Assembly (NCBI GenBank): GCA_013265495.1
Contig: MU057801.1
Location: 186,001 to 250,000, forward strand
DNA from: Vicugna vicugna
Taxonomy: Eukaryota
Reading direction: 5' to 3'
Length of the DNA stretch: 64,000 nt
In this document: piece by piece, positions 10,937 to 23,975 of the stretch
Position numbering within the stretch: the first letter of the stretch is position 1
How the letters are laid out: every line of letters begins with the position of its first letter
Position numbers and translations under genes: made by a program
Notes under the pieces: generated by a model
What the model saw: only the letters and a program-made list of their open reading frames with translations
Told to the model about the DNA's origin: nothing
Databases searched by the model: none

Positions 10937-13900
10937 GTGAGGCGGGTCGGGCTTCCTGGCTCCCAGATGCTCACTTTCTGCCTCTACTCCTCTCCACCCG
11001 GGGGCTCACGAAAACACTGTGTACTCCGGCCTCTGGCAAATTAGTCAGCATGCAACAGAGTAATTGCACGAAGAAACTCAGCGCAGGAGGGCAACAGCAA
11101 TGTTGTACGATGCCAATTTTAAGAAGATTTAGTCCCAGGGAGTAGGTACAGATTCAGTCTCTGGAGTCTGAGTTCCAGGCCAAGCTCTGTGCACGGGTTA
11201 GTTAAGTGTGGGACTTGGCCCCCTTCATCAACCTCCCCAGCTGCCGTTTCTGCACCTCTGGTGGGTATGACCCCGTCCTTCTTCAGTGCATGTGCATGAA
11301 CATTAGTGCTTACTCTTGTCATTGGCCCATGAGGGTTTGTGTCAGTGATTTGTAGCATTTGTCAGAAACTTGGAGCGCTCGGCTATGACGTGGCTTCGTT
11401 GCAGCCATGTCATTGGCTGTGGCTTCTTGGCTACAAGCTGAAGCAATGTGATGGGAGTTCACGTACATTTCAGAGCAGGGAGTCAGCTCTTGGGTTTCCC
11501 CTGTGCTGCTTCTTGCAGAGGCAGGGGTTCCCATGATTCATGGGTAATGATCAGCCTTGCGATGTGCCGGGGCTCTGGTGAGCCTTTTTAATTCCGTACA
11601 TGATTCCAACTTTTCCTCTGAAATTGCTTGATGGAGAAGCAACAGAGGGAAAACACAGGCTCTGTTAACCACTGCTGAAGTAGGTAGTCATGTGTGGGCA
11701 CTTTGCAGATCATGGAACAGAGACATTAAGATGTGAGCTCTGAGTGGAGGTGGAGCTCAGGGGCAGAGCACGTGCTTAGCATGCAGGAAGTCCCAGGTTC
11801 AATCCTCAGTACCTCCATTTAAAAATAATAATAATAAATTGAGTTACCTCCCCTCCAGAAAAAGATTAAAAGAAATTAAAAACAAGAGAAAGACCTGAGC
11901 TCTTGGTCTGCTCATAATAGCAGATGAACATTGCCTCTGAGATGTGACACCTACTTCACATACAAGAGGTGCATTTTCTGTGGTTCACAAAGTCATTTGT
12001 GAAGTCTCCAAATTACGTCTGTACGGGACTGTGTCCTTCGGAAGCGCACTTTCTCAGCCTCAGCACTGGCGACATTAAAACCGGAGGATTCTTTGCGGTG
12101 GGGCTGTCCTGCCTCCCGTAGGAAGTTTATGGGCATCTGGATGCCGCGAGCACGCCCACCCTTCAGCCATGACAATGAAAAGTGTCTGCAGACAGTGCCA
12201 GACTCCCCGGGGGGCAAAGTCACCCCGAGCTGAGAATCTCTGTTACAATAGCAGCAAGGACCAGACATTTTTTGCCATATGTTCATTATATGCATCTATT
12301 CAACGCATGCTGAATTAACACATTTAAGTAAATTAAATGTGCGCTCACCTTGAAGACAGAGAAGGAACAGGTTATTCCTTGATTGAGTTTGGTCCTGTCA
12401 TTGTTTATAATTAATTTTTAAATCTTGTTTTTTATTATTTCTTTGAGGGGGGAGGTGATTAGGGCTTGTTTGTGTGTTTTAGTGGACGTGCTGGGGATTG
12501 AACCCAGGACCCCATGCGTGCTAAGCACACGCTCTACCACTGAGCTATGGCCTCCCCGATCTGTTTATAATTAATTTGCACAGCAAACAGGACACAAAGG
12601 ATCAACACAATAAGTAGACACTTTGCAAGTGTTTTATCACATCACTTGCTGAAAGTTAAACTATTTAAAAGTACTCTTGTTCTATTGCACAAGTTGGTGC
12701 AATTCGCAAAAATGGGGAGAAAAATCTTCCCTGTGTTCATTGACTCAGGCATTCGTTCTGAAATTTTGAGTTAGGGTTGGTCCCTGCCAGGAGCAGTGTG
12801 GAGGGGCGTGGGACACAGGGAATTCCAGAAACACCCACCTCTGTTTATAAATAGCACATTTCCCCAGCATGACTCCTCGCTGTCTAATAAAAGCAGCAAG
12901 GAGGATATGAAAGAAAGATGGGTAGAAATCATCCCGTCTCCCCCTTCCCGCCCCCAGGGAGGATGTACGGAGCTGACGACTTTCTGCCGGTCCTGACCTA
13001 CGTCATAGCTCAGTGCGACATGCTGGAGCTGGACGCCGAGGTCGAGTACATGATGGAGCTCCTGGACCCATCGCTGCTCCACGGGGAAGGTAACCGGCTC
13101 TCGGAGAAGCGGGAGGAGCTGGGTGCTTTCTGTCAGTTTCTTTTACATTTTCTTTTTTCTTTTTTAATCGAGGTGAAGTTTATATAACATAAACTTAACC
13201 ATTTTAAAGTGAACAATTCAATAGCATTTAGTCCACTCACAGTTTCGAGCTACCTTCCGCCTCTGTTTAGTACCAAAACATTTTCATCCCCCCAAAGTAA
13301 AACCCCATGCCATTCAGCATCATGTGTGTGCTTTATTTTTTAACTGAACTATACTCGATTTATCTGGTGTACAGCACAGTGATTCAGTTACACACACATA
13401 TATATTCCTTTTCATATTCTGTTTCATTATAGGTTACTACAAGATGTTGACTGTAGTTCCCTGAGCTGTACAGTGGGACCATGTTGTTTATCTGTTTTAT
13501 GCACAGTAGTGTGTATCTGCTAATCCCCAGCTCCTAGTTTATTTCCTCCCCCTCTTGACATCTTAAGGGTTAATGGCCTTTTAATTTTATCCATTTATAA
13601 GAAGGTGCTGGCTTTCTTCTGATTACAAAAGCAAACCATATTCATTGTAGAAAATTTCGGGAAGTCAGAAAAACACACAAAAAATGTAACCCTGCCGTCA
13701 TTATACTCTGCTGAGATTGGTTAATTGCAGTACAAAAACTACCATTCCACAGAATAAACTAAATGCCATTTTTAAAAAGAAATGCCTTCTTTGATTCCAA
13801 GAGGAAGCCGTAAACTCTCATTGGAGAGTATTTCCACTGCCAGAAGAATGGTGAAGGCCTGTCTTTTGTTTTCATCTTTATTTTTGACATTTGGTTTTCG

Positions 13901-16900
13901 AGATGAAAACAGCATTGATTTTCTTTTCTGTTTAAAAGGTATATCTGCCCGTCGTTCAAGTAACCCTGCCGTGGAGCAAGATCCGGGCAGGGTGCTTTCA
14001 GCTGATTGTTGGTCGGGTTTCCTTCCTGTGTCTGCCTGACCCCGACATGTCTTCACAGAGAATCCCCTCCTTATGCACCGGTTAGGAATTTTATCTCAGG
14101 AATCACTGGGGTGTTTGTCACTGTGGTGTGCAGGCTTGAAGAGCAGAAATAACTGGGCTCTTGTGCGAGCTTGTCTCCTTCAAGGGGAAGAGATTGGAGC
14201 CATTGCCGCGTGCATCCTGACTGCCCCTGTCCGTGTGTCCCTGTCGGAGCCCAGATAGACCCCGAGTGGTGAATTGTTGCATAATTTATTTTTCTCCAGT
14301 GAGTTTAGTCTGGGCTTGAGTAAAAAGGTCCACGGCAATGGGGTCCCCCCAGGGAATGCATCATCCTGGGATTTTCCCTGGAGGAAACTTCAATGCACTG
14401 TCACCCCTGGAGCGTGTCCCTTAGTTCCCTAGGTCCTCAGGGCTTGGCTCTCTTCCAGAGGATCGGTCCTCCCGGGCCCCGAGGTCTCCATTCCGCCCTG
14501 TAGGGAGGACACTGACTCGGAATCCTTGATGACTATCTTTCCATTCTGTGATTGAGCCTCTCCATCCTTTTACCTCTCTCCCGCCCCCACCCCTTTAATC
14601 TCCCTTCATTAATATTCACAACACTGGGGCCAGACCTTCTGGGCCCCTAGACCCTGCCTGGAAACCTCCCCCAGGTCCCCACCCCTGCCCTGGGACTTCA
14701 GGGGGCAGGGCAGGGAAGCACGGGGCTTTGTCCAGGAACCAAGAGGAGCGCACATTCAACTCCGTGCTGCGGTCTTCCTTTCTCCCACTGCATTATTATT
14801 ACCATTTTTTATGCATCTGAGGTTTTTTTGAGTTGCAATCATGTTTAATTCTAGTCAGAAGTAGGTTGACCTCTTGGGGCTTTGGGGAAAGTGCATGCCA
14901 GTTTCACTCAGAAAATTACCGCTCTGTTGCTGACAGCGTGTACTTGGGACAGACATATGCTTACATCATGTGGCCTGAGGATCGAGACGGCCACTTCCTG
15001 CCACCTCTTCCAGCCACCTCTTCCAGCGTTTCCCCAGAGTCCAGCACTGCCCTGGGCGTGATGGTGACAGATGGGCAGGTGGCTGTTGTCACGTCTGGGA
15101 ATCAGAGAGAAAGCAAGGACCCGGGGGAGGGTAGAGCTCAGTGGTAGAGCCCACGCTTAGCGAGCACAAGGTCCTGGGTTCATCTCTGCTCCGCCGCCCT
15201 CCCAGCCTTGCAGCCTGCCTGCTGCCCAAAGCGCTCTTTGGTTTGCGGGACCGCAGCCCACGTCTGTTTTCTGCTGTTTAAGTGGGTAGTTTCATTTACG
15301 GAAAAGGCGTCATAGAAAACTTTTTACGTGCACAGCCCTTATGGCAGGGTTGTAGTTTTGCTGAAATTTAAACCTTCCCCTAATTACATCCACGTGTTTC
15401 AAAGTGTGGACAGTTTTGTGCTTCCAGCATTTTGAGTTTCCCCTTAGTGGCCTGAACTGTGAGCCATGGAGTCTAAAATTTGACGTCCAAAGGAAACAGC
15501 TGCCTCCCAGACTCGGCCGTCACTTTACCTCCAAATCCCCTCTCCAGTACTGACACCTCCACAAGCCTCTCTTGAATACTGAAGTCCACATCAAGTCCTC
15601 CTGAAATCCTCTGTGTAGCATTTAAATTCCATACCGCTGAGTTTTCACATTTAATCATCTGATTTGCTCATGAGGCAAATATTTAGTACAAAATCAGCTA
15701 CTCAAAACTCTGTACTACATACAGTGGGGGCTGCCTTGGGAACTTACACCCAGGTGGTGGAGCCGGTAAACTGTTCAAATGACTCTTAACAAAAAGCCCA
15801 GGGGGTGGATATAGCTCAGTGTTGGAGTGCACGCTTAGCATGCATGAGATCCTGGGTTCAACCCCCAGTACCTCCATCAAAAAAAAAAAGCCTGACATGT
15901 GATGTGTTCATGGAAAGTGCACCGCTCAGTAAAAACTAGCCCCCAGATTTCCACCAGGGACCTGGAAACCACAAAAGCATGTTTCTTTCTCGTGCGTCCA
16001 GTGCGATTCTCGGGGCAGGGGTGGAGGGCATTCGGGTTGTGGACAACTAGATGGTGGACAACTTCCCACCTTGAACGTTGTCACTTGTTGACCAGACAGA
16101 GCTCTCTGGGGTCTTGCTTTGGCAGCTAAATTCTTTGGCCGTGAAAGTGATACTTGCACACAAAACTCATTAAACCACAATTAGCTTCTGGTCCCTGCAT
16201 GAATAAACCACCAATGTTTGTTTGCTTTAATACATTTATAAACTTCGGTAGAGCAAAGACTCAGATTCTGCTTCTTTCAAACCCACCCCCTGCTCTGTAC
16301 CTGGCTTCAGCTCACAGTAGAAATTCAGGAGGTATTTGGACAAAGAATGTCTCAGTTGACAACATGCTTTTGCCCAATTAGGGAATTTTTAATAAACATT
16401 TGGGGCGCCCCCTAGTGGTTCTCCAGTGTGGAGTTTACAAGTTCCACCTAAAAACTTGTACTTTTTATAGTTTAGGACTAAACTGTGAACACGTTTATAT
16501 GCCTGGTCAGAGTGTTGTAAGTCTTGTAAACACTCCTCCAAACATAAGAAATCATTCCTAAATGCACTGTCAAAGGCTCACCACTTGCTTTTCCCTGTAA
16601 ATTATTTTTTCCTAAGTGTCGTGTTAGTCCCCAGCCAAGGAAGGGGAGGGAGGAAATCAGGAGGGGGAAGTGATTTTGGAGACCCGCCAGTATTGTGAGC
16701 GCTTGCAGATTGTGTCCGTCTTTCAAAGTATATGGTTGACTTAAAATTGAGAAAATATTAGTCCCTAAAAGAAAAGCCTCAAAGCAAGTATTGCCGGGAG
16801 GCATGTGGACTCCTGTTCCTCAAAGAAAGGGTTCTGGCCTTGGAGCAATGGACCCCGCAGTCCTCCGCCACCTCCTCACCTCCGTCCGCCCCCAACACCC

Positions 16901-18702
16901 TGACCTTTTCTGGCAAAACATTTTCACAGTTGCACTTAAATAGTAGAGATGCTGTGTGCCTCGCCCACTGGAATGGAAGTTCCGTCAGTGAGAACAGGTG
17001 TGCCCAGCCCGGCCCCCAGGGCCCCCAGCGGTGGCGCAGGCCGGGGGCAGCCGTTCCTGGGGACGGATGCAGGAGTGGACGAATGGGGGGTGTGCCTCGG
17101 ACACGCGCTTCTGTGGTCCCTCCAGGAGACGCGTGGGGAGAGACGGAGAAAAAGCAAGGCCTGGCTCCAACTCTGCTGTCCCCTAACTGTTGTCTCCAGA
17201 GGGTGAACCCCCAGCAAACTCACCCTCTGTGCCCTTTCCAGGAGGCTATTACTTGACGAGCACCTACGGGGCACTTTCTCTGATAAAGAATTTCCAAGAA
17301 GAACAAGCGGCAAGGCTGCTCAGCTCAGAGGCCAGGGACACCCTGAGGCAGTGGCACAAGCGGAGGACCACCAACCGGACCATCCCCTCGGTGGACGACT
17401 TTCAGGTATGTGGCCGGCGGTGGCCATGGGGCCCCGCGCTGCGCCCTTGCCCTCAGGAAGCAGAGCAGGCTCCCGGCGCCACGGGCCCCCTTGGTCGGAT
17501 CATCCGGTGGAAAAGGGATGTTTTAAACCACCCTCTGATCTTGTGCTTTCACTTCTCTGTTTTCCTTAAATTAAAAAAAAAAAAACTGTGGATTTGGCCC
17601 AGGTTTTGCTGGGTTTCTCCCAGAACGTTCAGCGTGGATGCTGAGCAGACAGGAAGCCAACAGGAAGGATGCTCCGGGCACAGGGGCAGGTGGGGGACCG
17701 GCCGGGTGGAAACAGGCTCTCTGCACTCAGTCGGCGCATCTCCCCACGTCTTTCTGCGGAGTCCACATTCTCCTCCTGCCGACTTTCCCACGCTGCACTG
17801 GGAGCCACTGGGGACCTCGTGTTGGGTTGAACTGCGTGAAACTGGCTTTTCAGGAGGGGAGGGAAGGCCCACTGTCCGCGGTGTCTTGTGGTCCAGCCTA
17901 ACGCGAGGGCCCTTTGGCATCATACAAAGCAGTCCGCCACGAATGCAGCGTGTGCTCCTGCGTCTACATATTTTAAATCTCCCTCCTGACCACTGGCTCA
18001 GGGTCTTCTGCTGTTCGCTTTCTTTCTCAAGCTGTGAATTAAGCCAGTGTCAGATCTCGTTCCCACCCTTAACCAGGGATTTCTCAGCCGGGCGCTACAA
18101 GGGACTGAAAGATCAGAACAGGGCTGAGCAGACTCCCTGCCTCTTGCATTGAATTAAAATGCAGCAACCCAGTGCATACAGCTGTGCTCCCCACCGTCCA
18201 AATTCAGATCAGCCTCTTTCCCTGTGCTCAGAGTCCTGGTGTCCTGACACTGGAGGTCCCTGCGAGCCGGAGCCCAGGGCGGCTCCCCCGCTCGACCTTT
18301 CCTGGCATCTCATGTGCTCACCTGTGCCACCGTGTTTCCTCCTCTGACCTGTCCCTGCATCTCTCTTTCCACCTGCAGAACTACCTCCGGGTTGCATTCC
18401 AGGAGGTCAACAGTGGCTGCACAGGAAAGACCCTGCTGGTGAGGCCTTATGTCACCACTGAGGACGTGTGTCAGCTCTGTGCCGAGAAGTTCAAGGTGGG
18501 GGACCCCGAGGCATACAGCCTCTTCCTCTTCGTGGACGAAACATGGCAGCAGCTGGCAGAGGACACGTACCCTCAGAAAATCAAGGCTGAGCTGCACAGC
18601 CGACCACAGCCCCACGTCTTCCACTTTGTCTACAAGCGCGTCAGGAGAGACCCCTACGGCGTCATCTTCCGGAATGGGGAGGAAGAGCTCACCGCCTCCT
18701 AG
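10631..18702 (+). CDS. RIN2: Ras and Rab interactor 2, 3' part (VPS9 GEF and Ras-association domains); join(10631..10936,12958..13089,17242..17405,18379..18702); upstream exons lie outside the window
   Basis: Four exons with GT-AG boundaries and consistent phases; VPS9 motif GADDFLPVLTYV; C-terminal RA domain; position next to NAA20 and CRNKL1. Confidence 0.95.
11742..11889 (+). mobile_element. tRNA-Ala-derived SINE (vic-1-like)
   Basis: Diverged tRNA head and tail; TSD aagatgtgagctct / aagacctgagctct. Confidence 0.85.
12045..12242 (+). mobile_element. MER20 (hAT-Charlie) DNA transposon
   Basis: 'ggggctgtcctg...aaaagtgtctgcagacagtgccag...ggggggcaaagtcacccc...tgagaatctctg' resembles the MER20 consensus (recalled). 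Confidence 0.75.
12418..12560 (-). mobile_element. tRNA-Ala-derived SINE (vic-1-like)
   Basis: Reverse-complement SINE; 16-bp TSD tgtttataattaattt at 12402-12417 and 12562-12577. Confidence 0.9.
12958..13089 (+). CDS. RIN2: RIN2 coding exon (RMYGADDFLPVL...LLHGE)
   Basis: cccag| acceptor, |gtaacc donor, 132 nt. Confidence 0.95.
13330..13555 (-). mobile_element. Short L1 3'-end fragment
   Basis: Similar to the L1 3' UTR at 4150-4385. Confidence 0.75.
15123..15182 (+). mobile_element. 3'-truncated tRNA-Ala-derived SINE
   Basis: SINE head that stops within the B box (ggttca); no tail. Confidence 0.75.
15801..15889 (+). mobile_element. tRNA-Ala-derived SINE, short form (tRNA head plus poly-A)
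   Basis: Full tRNA-like head followed directly by an A run; TSD core aaaaagcc. Confidence 0.85.
16404..16419 (-). promoter_or_regulatory. Candidate CTCF site
   Basis: Minus strand reads ACCACTAGGGGGCGCC, matching the CTCF core consensus. Confidence 0.6.
17242..17405 (+). CDS. RIN2: RIN2 coding exon (GYYLTSTYGAL...VDDFQ)
   Basis: tttccag| acceptor, |gtatgt donor, 164 nt. Confidence 0.95.
18379..18702 (+). CDS. RIN2: RIN2 last coding exon (RA domain), TAG stop
   Basis: ctgcag| acceptor; NYLRVAFQEV...EELTAS*. Confidence 0.95.
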   Translation, partial: NYLRVAFQEVNSGCTGKTLLVRPYVTTEDVCQLCAEKFKVGDPEAYSLFLFVDETWQQLAEDTYPQKIKAELHSRPQPHVFHFVYKRVRRDPYGVIFRNGEEELTAS

Positions 18703-20290
18703 GAGACACGCGGGATTTCCCAGCGGTGCATCCGAAAGGGGGTTGGGAACCTGGCCTTCTGACTGCCCCATGCTTGGGAAAGCCACCTCCTTGGGGAGCC
18801 CTCGGTTCAGTGACTAAGCCATTCACAGGCCGATTCGGCCAAGGGCACCTTTTGTCAGTCCCCCAAGCAGGGTAGTTGAGGTTCCTGAAACAGTAGGATC
18901 CGTCCTTCAGAGATGGAGAATTGCATTTGGCAGTTCAGGTGTCCCGAGATCACTGGCTGCCGACCCCAGCCGGGTTCCAGGTCGGCTCACGTGTGTGTGT
19001 GCGCGCACGGAATGGACACGTCCAGGGCAGGCGCTCCTCTGAGGGCAGCAGCAGGAGTTTGGGAGACCGTCCGACGCCGCACATCAGGGACTTCTCAGTT
19101 CTGTGGACACCTCTGTTCTTTCCTTTTTCCTTTTTTTTCTTTCTTTCTTTTTTTTTTTTTTTTTTAAATTTTATATATTTCATAGAAATTTTTATAGCAG
19201 TTGCAGGTAAACTGTCAGGGTTGGTTTTTAAAATATTTTTGTAACTTTAAGATATTCTATAATTATGCATGTGATTTTAACATTTAATATGCAAAAAAAA
19301 AAAAGGAATCTCTTGCTGGATTTGAGAGTATTGTGTCTTTAAAGTCTCTCTCCTGTAACTGGATGTTGCAGTCACTTTGTGGGGAGAGATGGCTGGGTTT
19401 CTTAAAGCGCTGTATGGCTGACACTGGCCACCGAATGCCTTTGGAAATCTGACGTTCTGTTGTTACCTTTTCACGCTTCATGGTGTTGCCCTGTTTTGTC
19501 TTTTAACCAAGTGGTGCTGAGGATCAGGAGAGAAATGAATGTAGAGAGAGGTCGAGAGGGAAATACAGACTAACAACGAACTAAGGCGTGGAGCCTGCTG
19601 GTCCAGGCTCCTGCAGGGAAGCGGGGCGAGGAGTAGAAGGAGCCACCTACGCTGAAGACACTGTAAAGACGCAGTGAGACCTGCAGAGTCTGTCCCGTGT
19701 TACTTGCTTCTGTAAGCAATTTTGAAAACCTCACGAGGGGAAAAAACATATAAGAGCAACACTTTTTTTATTACCCTTTTCCACATAAATCAAAACTACC
19801 AGCATCCAGTATGAGAGAGAAGATAAACGAACCGGTCCACCGGAGCCTCCTGCAGGGAGAAAAAAAAAAAAAAACTAACAGCATCAAATAATTTGGGGCA
19901 GAAACCAAGTCTTGTGTAATGTGACTTTCACTGAGTTAAAGAAACACCATTTGGAAAGGAGTTTGCAGATGCACCAAAAGGCACATTTATGTTGTAAGAA
20001 CGTGCAGTGAAGTTAAATCTCTGTTTGGGGGCACACAAAGGATGAGAGCCTTGTACCAATGTAATGGGTGGAAGTCACACAGACACGTTCCTGTGCTGTG
20101 GAAGGATGCCCAGGCGTCTCATGCGGTTGGCTTTGTACCCTTGTACTTTTTAAAGCTTTTGCTGTACACCTGGAACCCACAGCACGTACCGTGCTGTTCT
20201 TCCTTTTGTAAATGATTTTTTAAATGGAATTTTGCACATAATACAGTGTAATACCGTACGATAATCATGTGTGAAAATAATTCTTGAAAC
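18703..20290 (+). other. RIN2: RIN2 3' UTR (3' end approximate)
   Basis: Follows the stop codon; AU-rich blocks and a TGTA cluster near 20130-20250; end point inferred. Confidence 0.55.
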
Positions 20291-22837
20291 CTTCTTACGT
20301 TGTCTTTTTCTTTTGAGAAGCAGGATGTAATTACGCTCCGCAGAACATTACGTAAACCCAAGAGCCAGGCCAGGGTTTGTGGTTAGGGGGTCCAAAGACA
20401 GAAGACAGAAAAGTTTATGTTTTTCAGCTAGCCCCCGTTCGGGCAAGAGGCCAGAATCAAAGAGCAGGAGGGAAAGATCGCATTCTGCCCTGAAAGGATT
20501 TCCAGTGTTGTCTAGGACGGCCCTTGTCTTGGCTGGACCTAGAGAAAATCACAATTAATCAGAAGGGCCCTGCAGACAGCCCCGCCCTGGTCTTATGTAA
20601 CCTCTGAAGTGCCCCGGCTGAGAGCTCAGGGCTGTTTCAAAATCAAAACGGCAGAGGCTGCCTTCTTTCTGGTGCTCAGAGCCTTGCGCGGCAGATCGCA
20701 GCTGCTCGGTGGGCCCCTGTCGACTGAACGAACTTTCTAATCCATCAGTGGGGTGGATGCTTAGTGATCGGAACTATAGCCGGCTGGACTGCCTGCTTTT
20801 TAATATGTACAATGAGTTCAAAGTGACAATTCAGTCCCTGTAGTTATCCGCCCACTTTCCAAGTTAAGGTCATCACCCTGTCCTGTCCTTAGAAGTCAGT
20901 ACACTGCTGATTCCCAGCAGGGCACAGCATCTGACAGGGGGCAGCCTGGGTCACCTTCAGGGGAATCAGAACAGGACAAGGTAGTGTGAGCAGAAGGGGA
21001 CATCACAAGACGGGCCCTGGTTTTGTCCTGGGGCGACGTTTCCAGGCTGGAGTTTCAGCACAGCATGTGCCTTCACTTTTTCCCCCACGCAGACATTTCT
21101 CACTTCTCAAATTGCCAGGAAACAGATTTTGGTGCAGTTTGGGAGGAGAATAAAAATACACATGCCGGGTGGAGAGCGGAAAATGTATTTCCAAATCTAA
21201 AAATATGTTGCGAAAGTTGAATGCCGGCCAGAGGAAAGGAGATTTTTTTTTTTTTTTTAACGTTATAGGCACTGCCAAACAGCCTCCTTGGGGACACAGA
21301 ACAGAAATAGAAACTGTTCGAGGAGTTCAGTGTCACGTGGAAGTTACGACGTTAGATCTGTAAGAAAACACTCGAGGCGGGAAAGCCGAGCGTGGACGCC
21401 TTCGCTCACAAGCGCGGCTCCACATCCGCTGGCAGCTCTCAGCTCCGCCTCCAGGAGGCCGGAGCTGGGGGAGGGCCCTGATCGTCAGCAGCCCTGCCTG
21501 CTGCCTCCCTGGAAGCCGGAGCCGAACGGTGAGGTCCGTGAGGCACAGGTGGTGTAGTTGCCTGCAGTGTCTGATGCTAAAATCCTAAAAATCATCATCT
21601 TTCAGGCCATATGCAGGATGGTGAACTTGAGACCAAACGTGTTGTGGGTCATCTAGTTACCCCCGATCAAGCTGGAAATAGGGGGAAATTCATGCGACAC
21701 TCCGGAGTCGTAAGCAGGCGCGAAGGAAAACGGAAGCCATGGAAGGAGAAAGATGTTTGGCGGAATAAGTTCTTATTTGAAAAAGATGATCCCCTTCCAC
21801 ATCAGAGGGTGAGCGACAGTTGGCAGAAGCTTTTCCCACAGGAACAGTGACTGTCAGGAGTGTATGCGTGGGAAGTTAAAAAAAGTTATTCCAAGGATTC
21901 TGGGCCAATTGGTTTAATAAGGTGGTAATCAGGGTCTGTCCTCAGACCCCCGCCCAACAGGACCATCTCCGGGGGCAGCTTGGATCAAAGCGAGGCAGTG
22001 GGGTGTCTTGTCTCCAGGCTTAGAAACTAACATTCCAGCGTGGAATTTGCCTGAATTCTGAAATTCTGTCCACCAGAGACAGAACTTAGAATTTCATCCT
22101 GTGAATGAATCTGAGTATTTCCTCCGAGCAAACGCAGGTGCACTGTCGCAGCCCTGGGAAGGGGGCTCAGGGCCCTGGAGAGGGAAGAGGCAATACTGGA
22201 CTCAGCTCGGGGCTGTGGTTTTCTCCGGGTCTGCAGCTCCCAGCCCCCGCAGCCCTGGAGGAGGAGGCCCTGCCTTGGCGCCCTGGGGAAATATCACCTC
22301 GCACAACTGAAGGTATTTTCCCCTCATTTAGCTCCAGTCCTCCCTTCCTCCCACCCCACCCCCCACCGCCCTCGAATCTGGATGGCGACTGTTAGGTTTT
22401 AATGAGCTGAGCTCGGCTGGCTACAAGTCTTCTGGCCAAAAGGCGGGCTCTGACTGGCCGCCGCCTCCAACTGGAGACACCCGAGCCAGAACCAGGCCCC
22501 GTGCCCGACACTGCCCGCCCACCTTGTCTGTCCCCCAGCCCTGTCCTCTGTCCCCAGGCCTGGGTGTTCCTGGTCCGATTCGGGTCATGTTCTCAGCTGT
22601 GTTCGTGCCCAGAATCCGCACTTGGGGCCTCGGCTGCCACTTGTACTAAAACTTCCAAGATGCTGCTGTGAAATCGGGGCTGAGAAATACCAGGAGAGAT
22701 CGAGACGCAGGTCTGCAGACAGAAACACACCTGGGAGAGGTAAGACCTTGAGTACAGCCACTAACACCTAATTCAATAGAGGTTCCTTATCTTACTTGAC
22801 TGATTTCAATGAAAGACACAGAAAATGTACTTGTAGC

Positions 22838-23140
22838 CTAGTGCTATTCCACGGACATAGGAAGCAAGCCACATAGATCATTTTAAATTTTCTAGTAGCC
22901 ACATTAAAAAAAAAGGAAAAAGAAATGGGTGAAACCAAATGAGTGCTATATTATAATATTACTAATTACTAGTTATTTTATTTTAGTAATTGATTAGTAA
23001 TATAATCATGGGGTAACCCCTGATACCCCAAATATAATGTCAACATTTAATCAATCTAAAATTATTAGCTGTATTTTACATTGTTTTGTTTTTTTACATT
23101 GTCTTCGAAATCATGTGTGTGCTGTGCCTTTGAGCACACC
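22838..23140. mobile_element. MER33/MER3-like hAT-Charlie remnant
   Basis: 'aaattttctagtagccacattaaaaaa...aaatgggtgaaa' and 'ttttacatt...gtcttcgaaatc' motifs (recalled consensus). Confidence 0.6.
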
Positions 23141-23316
23141 GCGTTTCCTACCGATACATAATCACACGCAGGACAGACATGCATCACCCATGAACTGAAA
23201 GAATGAAAAAACTGCAAAGAACAGTAAACTGCCAAAGGCTTTACCCAGTCAAAAGTAAATCCATGCGTCCTAGCTAGGACTTTGGAAAGCTCCTGCTTTT
23301 TACAAGCACATGGAAA

Positions 23317-23770
23317 CGAGTGGGAAGCCCCATGAAAGGACCGGCAGGACCCCCAGGCAGGGGCACTGCTTTCTCCCAGGTGCCATCCGGTTCCCTGGCC
23401 TGGCGGCGTTATCTTGCTTATTCTGCTTGTGTAAAAGGGCTTGCTTCTAGGAGAACGGAACTTACCCCTAAGATTCTATTGGTTCCCAGAGCTCACTCCT
23501 GATAGGTCCATTTGTAACACCTTATTTGCATATGACACGAACCTAGCTCACTCCTGATTGGTCCATTTCTTACACCCACTCTGTACATGATGTTGCAAAA
23601 TCTTGACTAGTAGCCTATGAAAGTCTGTGTAAACCTATAGACGGGGTCCAGAGCTTAGAAGTGTTAACACCTCTGGGCCCGCCAGCATAGTAAACCTGAG
23701 TTCTCCAACCCTCCGAGTGTCGGTTGGTCTCTTGCCAGGATTCAGGTTGCTGTAGCTCTTTGCTGTAACA
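23317..23770 (+). mobile_element. Solo endogenous-retrovirus LTR (probably ERV1 class)
   Basis: Ends in TGTAACA; internal direct repeats with CCAAT-like boxes, an octamer, a TATA-like site and an AGTAAA polyA-like signal; possible 4-bp TSD GAAA. Confidence 0.7.
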
Positions 23771-23854
23771 GAAATACAATACTCGGCAAATTGCACAAGC
23801 TCATTTGCTCAAAAAGCAAAATGATTTTGCTGCTGAAAAAGCCATCCATGGACC

Positions 23855-23975
23855 AAGCATCACATCTCCTGGAAACTGGTCAGTCTGAGGCCCTTCCCAG
23901 ACCTACTGACTCAGAACCTGCATTTAACAAGATCCCCAGGTGATCCACGTGCAAGTTACAGTTTGAGAAGTATTA
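23855..23975. mobile_element. MER5A fragment
   Basis: 'ccagacctactgactcagaacctgcatttaacaagatccccaggtgatcc...agtttgagaa'. Confidence 0.7.

Noticed and set aside
17190..18152. 320-aa ORF, the longest in the track
   Set aside because: Only 17242-17405 is a RIN2 exon; the rest is read-through into a GC-rich intron with no recognisable protein signal.
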